In this document: piece by piece, positions 29,488 through 38,126 of the stretch | How positions within the stretch are numbered: position 1 is the first letter of the stretch | Layout of the letters: the number at the start of each line of letters is the position of its first letter | Assembly: GCA_963769945.1 (NCBI GenBank) | Contig: CAVYOA010000006.1 | Coordinates: forward strand, 10,040 to 74,039 | Reading direction: 5' to 3' | Origin: an uncultured Solirubrobacterales bacterium | GTDB lineage: Bacteria; Actinomycetota; Thermoleophilia; Solirubrobacterales; 70-9 | Length of the DNA stretch: 64,000 bases | Program-made: the position numbers and the translations under genes | The notes under the pieces: model-generated | The model's input: the letters and a program-made list of their open reading frames with translations, nothing else | The model's database searches: none | What the model was told of the DNA's origin: nothing

Positions 29488-30266
29488 CTGGCTCGGTCCT
29501 CGCCGGCGATGACGACCACGTCGGCGTCACCTACCAGCGCCCGAGATTGACGATCGATCGGCTTCACCTCCTTGACGCCGAGGTCGCGCGCGACGCGCTG
29601 TGCCGCCGGCTTCTGACCGTCGGCATAGAGCACGACCGTCTTTTCGCTGCCCGGGGCGGTGCTCGTCACCGCGCCGATCGCATAGTCGAAAGATTCGATG
29701 TCGGAGGAGACGAGGCCGGCGAGCCCGTTGATCGAGGTGCCGTTGAGGACGGCGACCGTCACCTCCGACGGCTTTACCGCCGCGACCCTGGGGGCGCGAT
29801 CGCTGCCGCCTTCCTCGAGTAGCTTCTCGGAGACGAAGATCGCCGCGCCGCCGAGCACCAAGGCGGCGATGCCGATCACCACCAACACGCGCGGGCGCAT
29901 TGCCGCGGCAACAAACCGCCGCCAGCGCGGATGTGGCGCCAGCGCCTCGCGTTCCATCGTGATCCGCTCCAGCGCGGGCCGCTCGCTGGTCACCCTCGCG
30001 GCGGCTGGGGCGACGCCCGTCTCACCGGTGATGGGCTCCTGCTCAAATCCAAGCAGCTGCTCGAGCTCGGTCTCGGCACGGTCCAGCAGAAGCTCGCTCG
30101 CGGCGATATCGGCGGGCGGATACTCGGGCTCGCGCTCCATCCATCCGCGCATGCGACGAACGTCGCGTCGCTGCGAGAAGTAGAGCGGCAACAGGAGCAG
30201 GAAGGCGACGACAGCCGCGGCGGCGAAGAAGCCGGCGGCACGATCGAAGATCTCGGTGACCTCCAC
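29484..30266 (-). CDS. LytR_C (LytR cell-envelope-related C-terminal) domain protein, no LCP catalytic domain
   Basis: 260-aa intact ORF with a TM helix and an acidic linker. The core reads VAVLNGTSINGLAGLVSSDIE...VVLYADGQKPAAQRVARDLGV...ADVVVIAGEDRA. Confidence 0.7.
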   Translation of the reverse strand: MEVTEIFDRAAGFFAAAAVVAFLLLLPLYFSQRRDVRRMRGWMEREPEYPPADIAASELLLDRAETELEQLLGFEQEPITGETGVAPAAARVTSERPALERITMEREALAPHPRWRRFVAAAMRPRVLVVIGIAALVLGGAAIFVSEKLLEEGGSDRAPRVAAVKPSEVTVAVLNGTSINGLAGLVSSDIESFDYAIGAVTSTAPGSEKTVVLYADGQKPAAQRVARDLGVKEVKPIDRQSRALVGDADVVVIAGEDRAS

Positions 30267-30326
30267 GGCGCTAGATCACTGATTCCTGATCGACGTGCGT
30301 TCGATTGAGAATCATTGATCGAAGTT

Positions 30327-31130
30327 TCAGTTACCGGTGAACTCAGCGTCGTCGCGGCCGATCACGAGCGCGATCTGGGCGTCGCCGGAGAGGTCGCGGA
30401 TCTCCGGGATCATTTCCGCTGCCTGCAAGTCGCCGAGCTGTTCGCTGACCGCCGCCGCGAGGTCAGCGGCGTCCTGCTCGGACTCTGGCTCGAAGAAGAT
30501 CGTCGTCTCGGCCAGACCGGCGGCGGCGTTCTCCTTCTCGCCGGGGTTGTAGCCGGCGGGCTTGACGACCTCGTCGCCGATCAGGTCGGCCAGACCGGGG
30601 ACGCCTGCGATCTCGCCCGTGGACGTTTCCTCCTGGGTCGCGTTGAGGATCGCGACCTCAATCTTCTCCTCCTGCTGATTGCTAGCGCCCTGGCTGCCGC
30701 CGTCGCCGCCGCCGCCGCCAGCTTCGCCGGAGAAAATGCCAAAGCCGCTGGTGAGGACAGCGGCTGCGATCACTGCCGCTGCGATCACAGCGAGCAGGTA
30801 GCGGGGGTGGACTGGCAGGCGGCGATCGATCGCGGCAAAGCGCGTCGCGTTTCGCTCGCGTGCCCGCCGCCACCATAGATGCAGGCGCCCCGGCTCTGCC
30901 GGCTCTGCCGCCTCCTCCTCCTCGACCTCGTCGACCTCGTCGCCGCGAGCCTCGGCGGCCGCTGCCGCAGCAATATCTGCTTCCGACTTTCGCTCAGGGG
31001 CGCGCCCCGCCCACTCACGCAGGCGCCGCACCTCGCGAGCCTGCTGAAAGATCAGGAACGCAAGGATCGAGAGGCCCAGGAACGCGGCGATGCCGAGAAA
31101 GGGCCCGATCCGCTCGATCAGGTCAGTCAC
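30327..31130 (-). CDS. LytR_C domain protein (paralogue of 29484..30266)
   Basis: 267-aa intact ORF with the same architecture: VAILNATQEE...GVPGLADLIGDEV...TIFFEPESEQDAADLAAAV...AQIALVIGRDDAEF. The N-terminus shares the (R/Q)(E/D)VRR(L/M)R(E/G)W motif with its neighbour. Confidence 0.7.
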   Translation of the reverse strand: MTDLIERIGPFLGIAAFLGLSILAFLIFQQAREVRRLREWAGRAPERKSEADIAAAAAAEARGDEVDEVEEEEAAEPAEPGRLHLWWRRARERNATRFAAIDRRLPVHPRYLLAVIAAAVIAAAVLTSGFGIFSGEAGGGGGDGGSQGASNQQEEKIEVAILNATQEETSTGEIAGVPGLADLIGDEVVKPAGYNPGEKENAAAGLAETTIFFEPESEQDAADLAAAVSEQLGDLQAAEMIPEIRDLSGDAQIALVIGRDDAEFTGN

Positions 31131-31151
31131 TGAGTTGAAGAGTCTTGCCGA

Positions 31152-33047
31152 TCAGGCGGGCGTTCGGCGCTCCGACGCCGCGCCACCCATGAGCTCGACC
31201 ACATGCTCGGCCAGACCTGCCTCGTCTCCCGACGCGACCAGCGACTCGAGCCGGGCCACGGTCTGCTCGACCCAGACGGGGTCCAGCGGCGTCATTCGCA
31301 CCGCTCGCATTATTCTGTCGGCGCCGGTCGGGCGGGCACGCTCATCGGCATTGATGAGCTCTTCGTGCAGCTTCTCGCCGGGCCTGATCCCAATCACCTC
31401 GATCGCGATGTCGCTGTCGGGCTCGTAGCCGGCGAGGCGGATCATGTTGCGGGCGAGATCGACGATCTTCACCGGCTCGCCCATCTCGAGCACGAAGATC
31501 TCGCCCGAGGAGCCGCCGAGATCGCCGGCCTGAATCACGAGCTGGACAGCCTCGGGGATGGTCATGAAGTAGCGCGTCATCTCGGGATGGGTCACGGTCA
31601 CCGGACCGCCCTGCTCGATCTGCGCGCGAAAGATCGGCACGACGCTCCCCGACGAGGCGAGCACGTTGCCGAAGCGCACGATCGCGAACTTGGTCTGCGG
31701 GTTGGCCTGGCTGGCGGCGTCGATGATCCATTCGGCCATCGCCTTGGTCGCCCCCATCACCGTGCCCGGGTTGACCGCCTTGTCGGTGGAGATCAAGACG
31801 AAGCGCTCTACCCCAGCGGCCGCCGCCGTCTTCGCCGTCACCTGGGTTGCGATCGCGTTATTTCGCAGCGACTCGAGCGGGTTGGCCTCCATCAAGCCGA
31901 CGTGCTTGTAGGCGGCGGCATGAAAGACGACATCGGGCCTGAAGCGCTGCATCACCTCCAGCATGCGATCGCCCTCCTTGCAGTCGGCGAGCACCGCCTC
32001 GACGCGCGTGAAGTGCCAGTGGGCGGTCATCTCGCGATCGATCTGGAAAAGGTTGTCCTCGGCGTGGTCGACCAGGACAAGCAGCTGTGGGCGCACACGG
32101 GCGATCTGGCGCACCAGCTCAGCGCCGATCGAGCCGCCGGCGCCCGTTACCAGCACGCGCTTGTCGGCGAGGTAGGCGCCGACGCGATCAAGCTCGATCA
32201 CCACCGGGTCACGGCCGAGCACGTCCTCGACCTGGACCTCGCGAAGCTGACGTGTGAGCTGCACGCCGCCGCGCAGGAGCTCGAACACGGTCGGCAGGGT
32301 GCGCACCTGGATGTCTCGCTCGCGACACTCGGCGACGACCTTTCCCCGCAGGATGCCGGGAGCCGAGGGGATCGCGATTACGACTTCGTCCGGCGAGCGG
32401 CGGTCGAGGACCTGCCCGATCTCGTCGGTGGTCCCAAGCACCTTGAGGCCCTCGGCCTGCATGCCGCGCTTTCGTGGATCGTCGTCGAGGAATCCGATCG
32501 CGCGAGCGCCCAGGTTGGGATTGAGCTTGAGCTCTCGCACCACCATCTGCCCTCCAGAGCCGGCGCCGATGACGAGTACCTCGCGTTCGTTCGAGCGCCT
32601 GCCACCACGCCCGCGGCGTCGTGCAGGCCGCTCGGCGAGCGAGCGGCGGGCGAGGCGAGCGCCGCCGAGGAACATCGTTGCCAAGAGGAAGTCGTAGACG
32701 ACTACCGAGCGCGGGAGGTTGTCGGGATAGGGCTGGACGAGGGCGAAGACGACAACGATCAGGGCGCTGCAGATGCCCAGCGTACGCAGCAGTGGCCATA
32801 GATCCGGCAGGCGAAAGTAGCGCCACCACTGCTGGTGTTGTCCGGCGATCTCCAAGACCAGCGATTTGCCGACAGCGACGAAGGCAACCGAGCCCGCGAG
32901 CATCGCCTCGTAGTTGTCGGGGATGCCGACACGGCTCTCGAGGAAGCGCAGCTTAAAGGCGAGCGCGAAGGCGAGGGCGCAGAGCAGAGCGTCGGCGACG
33001 AACTCAAGCGCCCGCCGTCTGTAGACGGGGTCGGTGAGGCGCGACAT
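31152..33047 (-). CDS. membrane-bound nucleotide-sugar 4,6-dehydratase/epimerase (CapD/PglF/WbpM family)
   Basis: N-terminal TM helices, then VLVIGAGSGGQMV and VLVTGAGGSIGAELVRQI (two Rossmann motifs), then FHAAAYKHV (YxxxK). I prefer the ATG at 33047 (MSRLTDP), which leaves a 55-bp divergent spacer to dedA. Confidence 0.85.
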   Translation of the reverse strand: MSRLTDPVYRRRALEFVADALLCALAFALAFKLRFLESRVGIPDNYEAMLAGSVAFVAVGKSLVLEIAGQHQQWWRYFRLPDLWPLLRTLGICSALIVVVFALVQPYPDNLPRSVVVYDFLLATMFLGGARLARRSLAERPARRRGRGGRRSNEREVLVIGAGSGGQMVVRELKLNPNLGARAIGFLDDDPRKRGMQAEGLKVLGTTDEIGQVLDRRSPDEVVIAIPSAPGILRGKVVAECRERDIQVRTLPTVFELLRGGVQLTRQLREVQVEDVLGRDPVVIELDRVGAYLADKRVLVTGAGGSIGAELVRQIARVRPQLLVLVDHAEDNLFQIDREMTAHWHFTRVEAVLADCKEGDRMLEVMQRFRPDVVFHAAAYKHVGLMEANPLESLRNNAIATQVTAKTAAAAGVERFVLISTDKAVNPGTVMGATKAMAEWIIDAASQANPQTKFAIVRFGNVLASSGSVVPIFRAQIEQGGPVTVTHPEMTRYFMTIPEAVQLVIQAGDLGGSSGEIFVLEMGEPVKIVDLARNMIRLAGYEPDSDIAIEVIGIRPGEKLHEELINADERARPTGADRIMRAVRMTPLDPVWVEQTVARLESLVASGDEAGLAEHVVELMGGAASERRTPA

Positions 33048-33102
33048 CGCATCGAGTCTACGACTGACAGCGGCCGACCGATGGGTAACGTGTCCGCCCC
33101 GC

Positions 33103-33789
33103 ATGGACTCGCTCAATCTTCACGACGCGCTGCCGCTCGCCGGCCTCACCGACTTCATCGTCGATCCGATCGTCGACGTCGCAACCGACTTCATCGATTC
33201 GGTCGGGCTGATCGGCGTGTTCGTCCTGATGGCACTCGAAAGCGCCTGCATTCCCGTGCCCAGCGAGGCGATCATGCTGTTTGCCGGCTTCAACGTTTCC
33301 GAGGGCGACATGACCATGTTCGGGATCGTCACCGCGGGGGTGCTCGGCAACGTCGTCGGCTCCTGGGCCGCGTGGGCGGTGGGCTATTACGGGCGCGTGG
33401 AGATGCTGGAGAAGAACCGCTTCATCCACGTCAACCCCAAGCACCTCGCATGGGCCGACAGCTGGTTCGAGCGCCACGGCGATGCGACCGTTTTCTTCAC
33501 GCGGATGCTGCCGATCATCCGCACCTTCATCTCGCTTCCCGCCGGCGTCGCGCGGATGCCGTTCTGGCGCTTCACGCTGCTCACCCTCGCCGGGTGCGTG
33601 CCGTGGGTGCTGATGCTCGGGCTGATCGGCGAGGCGGTTGGCGACAACTGGGAAGAGTGGCGCGATTATCTGCACTACGGCGACTACCTCGTGTTCGCCG
33701 CGGTCGTCGGCGGGCTCATCTACTTGCTGATTCGGCGCAGGCGCGGCGGCGGGGGCTCGGGGGCGACGGTTGCGCAAGACACGGGCTGA
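33103..33789 (+). CDS. DedA family membrane protein
   Basis: From the ATG at 33103 in ORF 33034..33789. FVLMALESACIPVPSEAIMLFAG and FFTRMLPIIRTFISLPAGVARM are DedA/SNARE-associated signatures. Confidence 0.85.
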   Translation: MDSLNLHDALPLAGLTDFIVDPIVDVATDFIDSVGLIGVFVLMALESACIPVPSEAIMLFAGFNVSEGDMTMFGIVTAGVLGNVVGSWAAWAVGYYGRVEMLEKNRFIHVNPKHLAWADSWFERHGDATVFFTRMLPIIRTFISLPAGVARMPFWRFTLLTLAGCVPWVLMLGLIGEAVGDNWEEWRDYLHYGDYLVFAAVVGGLIYLLIRRRRGGGGSGATVAQDTG

Positions 33790-34582
33790 GGCGCAGCTCA
33801 CGATTGGCCGGGCAACGGTGCTCGGCCTGGTTCAGGGTCCGACCGAGCTGCTCCCGGTCTCGAGCTCGGCCCACCTCTCGCTTGTTGCGTGGTTTGCCGG
33901 CTGGGATTGGGATCGAATCGACGCCGAGCAGCGAAAGAGCTTCGAGGTCGCACTTCACGCCGGCACCGCGGCGGCGCTCGTGATCGGCCAACGCCACGTG
34001 ATCGCCGACGAGCTCGCGGCGTTCGATGTTCGGCGCGCGTCGGTCGTCGCGCTCTCATTCGTGCCGCCGGCGGTCGCCGGCTACACGCTCGAGCGCGAAA
34101 TTGAAGGGCGGCTTGGCGGTGCGGGCAGCATCGCCTGCGGCCTCGCGCTCGGGGCGGTGGCGATGATCGCCGCCGATCGCCGCCCGCAGGATCGCGGTCC
34201 CGGCGACGCGGGGCCAGTCGACGGGCTCACCCTTGGCCTGGCGCAGGCGCTTGCCCTGATCCCCGGCGTCTCGCGAAACGGGGCGACGCTGACGGCGGCA
34301 CGTACGCGGCGCTTCACCCGCGAGCACGCGAACCTGCTCTCGCGCACGGTGGCGCTGCCGGTGATCGTGGGCGCGACCGTGCTCAAGGGCGTGCGGCTTC
34401 GCCGCCGCGGCATCGACACCGGGCTGCGAAACGCGATCGCTGCAGGCGTCGGCGCCTCCTTCTTTTCCACTCTGGCCTCGCAGGGGCTGATCGGCTTGGT
34501 CGAGCGCGACCGGGCACTGTGGCCATACGCCGCCTACCGGCTCGGCCTCGCCGCCGTCGTTGCCGCAAGAATGGCGCGGTGA
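33770..34582 (+). CDS. uppP: undecaprenyl-diphosphate phosphatase
   Basis: GLVQGPTELLPVSSSAHL and PGVSRNGATLTAA are the two BacA/UppP motifs. It has a TTG start in the ORF track and overlaps the dedA end by 20 nt. Confidence 0.85.
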   Translation: MRKTRAEAQLTIGRATVLGLVQGPTELLPVSSSAHLSLVAWFAGWDWDRIDAEQRKSFEVALHAGTAAALVIGQRHVIADELAAFDVRRASVVALSFVPPAVAGYTLEREIEGRLGGAGSIACGLALGAVAMIAADRRPQDRGPGDAGPVDGLTLGLAQALALIPGVSRNGATLTAARTRRFTREHANLLSRTVALPVIVGATVLKGVRLRRRGIDTGLRNAIAAGVGASFFSTLASQGLIGLVERDRALWPYAAYRLGLAAVVAARMAR

Positions 34583-35583
34583 GCGATCAGGACGCGTATT
34601 TGGCCGCGGGCGTGAGCCAGGACCACGCCGACGCTGCCGTCGATGCGCTCGTTTCCCACCTTTCGCGGATCGACACCGGGAAACCGTCGCGAGTCGTGGA
34701 GCTCGGCCGCCATTACGCCAGCGTCCTGCGAATCGGCGAGAACCAGGGCATCGCCTTCGGCACCGATGGCGTCGGCACGAAGATGGTTATCGCGGAGCAG
34801 CTTGGGCGCTTCGAGACGATCGGCATCGACTGCATCGCGATGAACGTCAACGACCTGATCTGCGTCGGCGCCGAGCCGATTGCAATGGTCGACTTCATCC
34901 TCTGTCGCAGCGCCGTCGCGGAGATCTGCGGGGCGATTGGGGAGGGTCTGCGAGCCGGTGCCGAGCTTGCCGGGATTGAGATTCCGGGCGGCGAGATCGC
35001 CCAGGTCGGCGATCTGGTCAGCGGGATTGAGCTGGCGGGAAGCGCGATCGGCCTGGTTGCTTTGGACGCGGTCATCGCCGGCGAGCGAGTCGAGCCCGGT
35101 GATGCATTGATCGGCCTCCCGTCCTCGGGGTTGCACTCCAACGGCTACACGCTGGCGCGCAAAGCGCTTGCTGATGTTTCGCTCGATGACGAACGCCTTG
35201 GACGGCCGCTCGGTGACGTCTTGCTCGAGCCGACCGTGATCTACGTCCGCGCGGTGCTCGAGTTGCTCGAGTCGGATCTAGACGTCCGCGGGCTCGCCCA
35301 CATCACGGGCGATGGGCTCAACAACCTGACCCGCCTCGCGGCACCTGTCGGCTACGCGATCGACGCGCCTCTAGAAGTGCCGGCGGTATTCGACCTGATC
35401 GCCGAGCTCGGCGGCGTCGGCGAAGACGAGATGTACGAGGTCTTCAACATGGGCTGTGGCTTCGTCTGTGTAGTCGCTGACGCCGACGCGGAGCCGGCAG
35501 CGGCTCTGCTTGCGGCGCACCATCCGGGAGCCAAACGGATCGGCTCGGTCACGGATCGCGCCGGCGCCGTCGAACGGGCCTAG
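34579..35583 (+). CDS. purM: phosphoribosylformylglycinamidine cyclo-ligase (AIR synthase)
   Basis: The GTG at 34579 overlaps the uppP stop (GTGA). Has FGTDGVGTKM, IGIDCIAMNVNDLICVGAEP, PGGEIAQV, SSGLHSNGYTLARK and MYEVFNMGCGFV. Confidence 0.75.
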   Translation: MSDQDAYLAAGVSQDHADAAVDALVSHLSRIDTGKPSRVVELGRHYASVLRIGENQGIAFGTDGVGTKMVIAEQLGRFETIGIDCIAMNVNDLICVGAEPIAMVDFILCRSAVAEICGAIGEGLRAGAELAGIEIPGGEIAQVGDLVSGIELAGSAIGLVALDAVIAGERVEPGDALIGLPSSGLHSNGYTLARKALADVSLDDERLGRPLGDVLLEPTVIYVRAVLELLESDLDVRGLAHITGDGLNNLTRLAAPVGYAIDAPLEVPAVFDLIAELGGVGEDEMYEVFNMGCGFVCVVADADAEPAAALLAAHHPGAKRIGSVTDRAGAVERA

Positions 35584-35586
35584 CCT

Positions 35587-36075
35587 CTATCTGGCGGCAA
35601 GCAGGGCGTCCATCTGGCTGACGGCCTGCTCCAGGCCCTCTGCTGCGCCGATCTCCAGCACCTTTTCCATTTCCTCGCGGGAGTCGAAGCTCGACCGTAG
35701 TTCCATCCGGGTGCCGTCGTCGTGCGAGGTGAGTTGCATCGACACCGATGTCGTCGGCATCTCGTCATTCGGCTTTCCATTCTCGTCGGCGAAACCGTCG
35801 GCGAATCTCAGCGAGTTCGGCGGGTCGACCGAGGTGATCCGCCACCAGCCGTGGTACTTCTCGCCCTCGGGGCCAGTCATGAAGTAGGTGACGGTGCTGC
35901 CGGGGGTGAAGTCGTGCTCCTGCACCGTTGCCGGGTGTGTCGGCGGCCCCCACCAGCGCTCCAACTGCCGCGGGTCCGCCCACAGCTGCCAAACCCGTTC
36001 GGGAGGGGCATCGAAGTCTGCGACCAGGGTGAGGGTGAGCCGGTCTAGGTCCTTGTCGACGCTGGTAACACTCAT
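35587..36075 (-). CDS. SRPBCC/AHSA1-like domain protein
   Basis: 162-aa intact ORF. FDAPPERVWQLWADPRQLERWWGP is typical of the Activator-of-Hsp90-ATPase-homologue-like SRPBCC family that pairs with ArsR regulators. Its ATGA overlaps the upstream gene. Confidence 0.8.
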   Translation of the reverse strand: MSVTSVDKDLDRLTLTLVADFDAPPERVWQLWADPRQLERWWGPPTHPATVQEHDFTPGSTVTYFMTGPEGEKYHGWWRITSVDPPNSLRFADGFADENGKPNDEMPTTSVSMQLTSHDDGTRMELRSSFDSREEMEKVLEIGAAEGLEQAVSQMDALLAAR

Positions 36076-36463
36076 CGCTTTCGTCCTTTCGTCGGGTTCT
36101 TCTCGTTTGGATCGGGCGCCCGCGCGAGCAGGTCAGACATGCGGTCAACTCGCCCGCGCCAACTCTGCTCGAGCTGGTCGAGAGCGTGGCGGGCCCGGTG
36201 CAAGGCGGCCCGATCGGTGCGCACGAGCTGCTCTCGACCTCGCCGCTCCTTGGTCACGAGGCCCGCGCGTTCGAGCACGGCGACGTGTTTCTGCACTGCG
36301 GCAAAGCTCATCGGATAGGCGTCGGCCAGCCGCGAAACAGACGGCTCGGCGCTGGCCGAGCGGCGAAGGATGTCGCGGCGAGTGGCGTCGGCGAGGGCGT
36401 GAAACGTGCTGTCGAGCGCCTCGGCCTCGTGGTCCTCAGTGCGGCTTTGCGATCTACAACCAT
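36072..36463 (-). CDS. ArsR/SmtB-family HTH transcriptional regulator; 5' end needs a frame correction or a non-canonical start
   Basis: The frame reads ...EDHEAEALDSTFHALADATRRDILRRSASAEPSVSRLADAYPMSFAAVQKHVAVLERAGLV, a canonical ArsR wHTH. It has no ATG/GTG/TTG upstream of the HTH. An ATG at 36463 (MVVDRKAAL) is out of frame by 1 nt; the span length of 392 nt is not divisible by 3. Confidence 0.7.
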
Positions 36464-36473
36464 CTAGTTGTAG
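36454..36473. promoter_or_regulatory. inverted repeat CTACAAC-N6-GTTGTAG, likely ArsR operator
   Basis: Perfect 7-bp arms (36454-36460 and 36467-36473) in an AT-rich patch. It overlaps the candidate ArsR ATG and lies in the divergent spacer to the DJ-1 gene. Confidence 0.4.
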
Positions 36474-36514
36474 GTTAGCAAGCAGCTCGACGCGAAGGCT
36501 CGGCGAGTGCGACG

Positions 36515-37166
36515 ATGGCCGACATGCAGGTTGCCATCCTCATCTTCGACAAGCTCACCGCCCTCGACGCGATCGGCCCTTATGAGGTGCTCTCGCGGCT
36601 TCCCGATGCCGAGCTCACCTTCGTTTCCAAAGAGACGGGGATGAAGCGCACCGACACCGGCCGCCTCGGCCTCAACGCCGACGCTTCCCTCGCCGATGTA
36701 CCGACGCCCGACGTGCTGTTGATCCCCGGCGGTGAGGGCAACCGGCCCCTGCTCTGCCGACGAGGAGGTGCTCGACTGGGTCCGCACCGCGCATGAGAGC
36801 TCGGCTTGGACAACTTCTGTCTGCACTGGATCGCTCGTTCTCGGTGCTGCTGGAGTGCTCGAGGGCAAGCGCGCCACCAGCCACTGGGTCTACCGTGACT
36901 CGCTGTCTGAGTTCGGCGCGATCCCGACCGCCAAGCGCGTCGTCATCGACGGCAAGGTCGTCACCGCGGCAGGCGTGTCGGCCGGGATCGACATGGCGCT
37001 GAAGCTGGCGATCGAGATCGCCGGTGAGGACGTCGCCAAGGCGATTCAGCTCGGGATCGAATACGACCCCGAGCCGCCGCTCGACGCCGGCTCGCCGGAG
37101 AAGGCCGGACCGCAGCTCGTCAACATGCTGCGGCAACTCGAGGACCTCGCTCAGCCCCAGACCTGA
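36515..37166 (+). pseudogene. DJ-1/PfpI family (class I glutamine-amidotransferase-like) protein, 1 frameshift
   Basis: ORF 36515..36796 (MQVAILIFDKLTALDAIGPYEVL...LLIPGGEGNRPLL) continues in ORF 36732..37166 (ADEEVLDWVRTAHESSAWTTSVCTGSLVLGAAGVL...) after an apparent extra T near 36745. Nucleophile elbow SVCTGS. The span length is 652 nt. Confidence 0.7.
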
Positions 37167-37224
37167 CCGTACTCACGCGCGGGGGCTTTCTTCGCGCATG
37201 GCGCTAGCTTTGCGCCCACCGCGC

Positions 37225-38079
37225 TCAGGCGAGCTCCCACAGCGTTCCGGTGAGCACCGTGGTCGGCTGCAGCCGCCACTCGCGGGCCAGCGCCCACAGC
37301 TCGGCCTCGACCACCGGTCGAGGACGGCCGCTGAGCGCTTCGATCTCGCGGGTGGCGCAACGCCCGAAGCGCTCGATCGCCTCCAGCGGCTCTGCCGGTT
37401 GCTGATTGCGCACCTGCGCCCCAGCGGCCAGCGCCGCGTCGCGATAGGCGTCATAGGGCTGCCAGCCGAAGACGCCGTGCTCGGTCGCGTCGGCGCCGGT
37501 GAAGATCGCGCTCGGTAGCGGGTAGCGCTCGTCGTCGGCGCTGAGATCACGGACCTTGCCCGACGCAACGGCCGCGTCCACCGGTTCGCGGACCTGCTCG
37601 AGGTCGGCTCCGAACGCCTCCAAGATCGCGTGCGAGCGCAAGTCGATCTCAAACCGAGCGAGATCGAGGCCCGCGGGCCCGGCCTCGGCGATGAGCGCCT
37701 CGGGGTGGTCGAGCTTGCGGCGCTCACAGCAAATGCCTTCGCGCAGTCGGCGCATGTATCGGTAGCCCGCGGCGGATCCTTGCTCGCAGGCCGCCACCAC
37801 CGCCTGGCAGGCGGGATAGGAGGAAGAGATCGGGCCGCTGCTCCAGATGCGCGGGTCGAAAGGCATCCCTGACTCGGCCGCGACCTCGAGCCAATCGGCC
37901 TGGTGGTGAGCGTAATCTGCCGTTGCGACCGTGCGCCACAGGCCACCCATCACCCACCGCGGCGCGAGCTCGTCGCCGAACTCCCACAGCAGCCGGCGCA
38001 GCTTCGGCTCGGTCGCCCAGGACCAAGCGCAGGCGGGATCGGTGTAGTAGCGAAGCTCGATGGTCATCATGCAGTGCAA
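37225..38079 (-). CDS. DsbA-family thioredoxin-fold protein with C-terminal extension
   Basis: 284-aa intact ORF. IELRYYTDPACAWSWATEPKLRRL is the DsbA-like N-terminus with a CxxS motif. The start could be 38079, 38070 or 38067. Confidence 0.7.
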   Translation of the reverse strand: MHCMMTIELRYYTDPACAWSWATEPKLRRLLWEFGDELAPRWVMGGLWRTVATADYAHHQADWLEVAAESGMPFDPRIWSSGPISSSYPACQAVVAACEQGSAAGYRYMRRLREGICCERRKLDHPEALIAEAGPAGLDLARFEIDLRSHAILEAFGADLEQVREPVDAAVASGKVRDLSADDERYPLPSAIFTGADATEHGVFGWQPYDAYRDAALAAGAQVRNQQPAEPLEAIERFGRCATREIEALSGRPRPVVEAELWALAREWRLQPTTVLTGTLWELA

Positions 38080-38126
38080 AGGCCGCGACGCTTAGAGGCG
38101 GGCCGGGTGTTGAAAATAGAGAGGCG

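Noticed and set aside
30267-30326. AT-richer 60-bp spacer between the two LytR_C genes, with three GATC sites and a repeated TGATCGA.
   Set aside because: It is too short and degenerate to call a repeat element or methylation-controlled switch. It is most simply an internal promoter and RBS region.
33770-35583. The idea that the purM-like gene coupled to uppP might be a non-PurM AIR-synthase-related enzyme involved in envelope synthesis.
   Set aside because: All PurM signature blocks are present (DGVGTK, GIDxxAMxVNDL, SSGLHSNGY, FNMGxG). The GTGA coupling to uppP is noted but gives insufficient reason to propose a new function.
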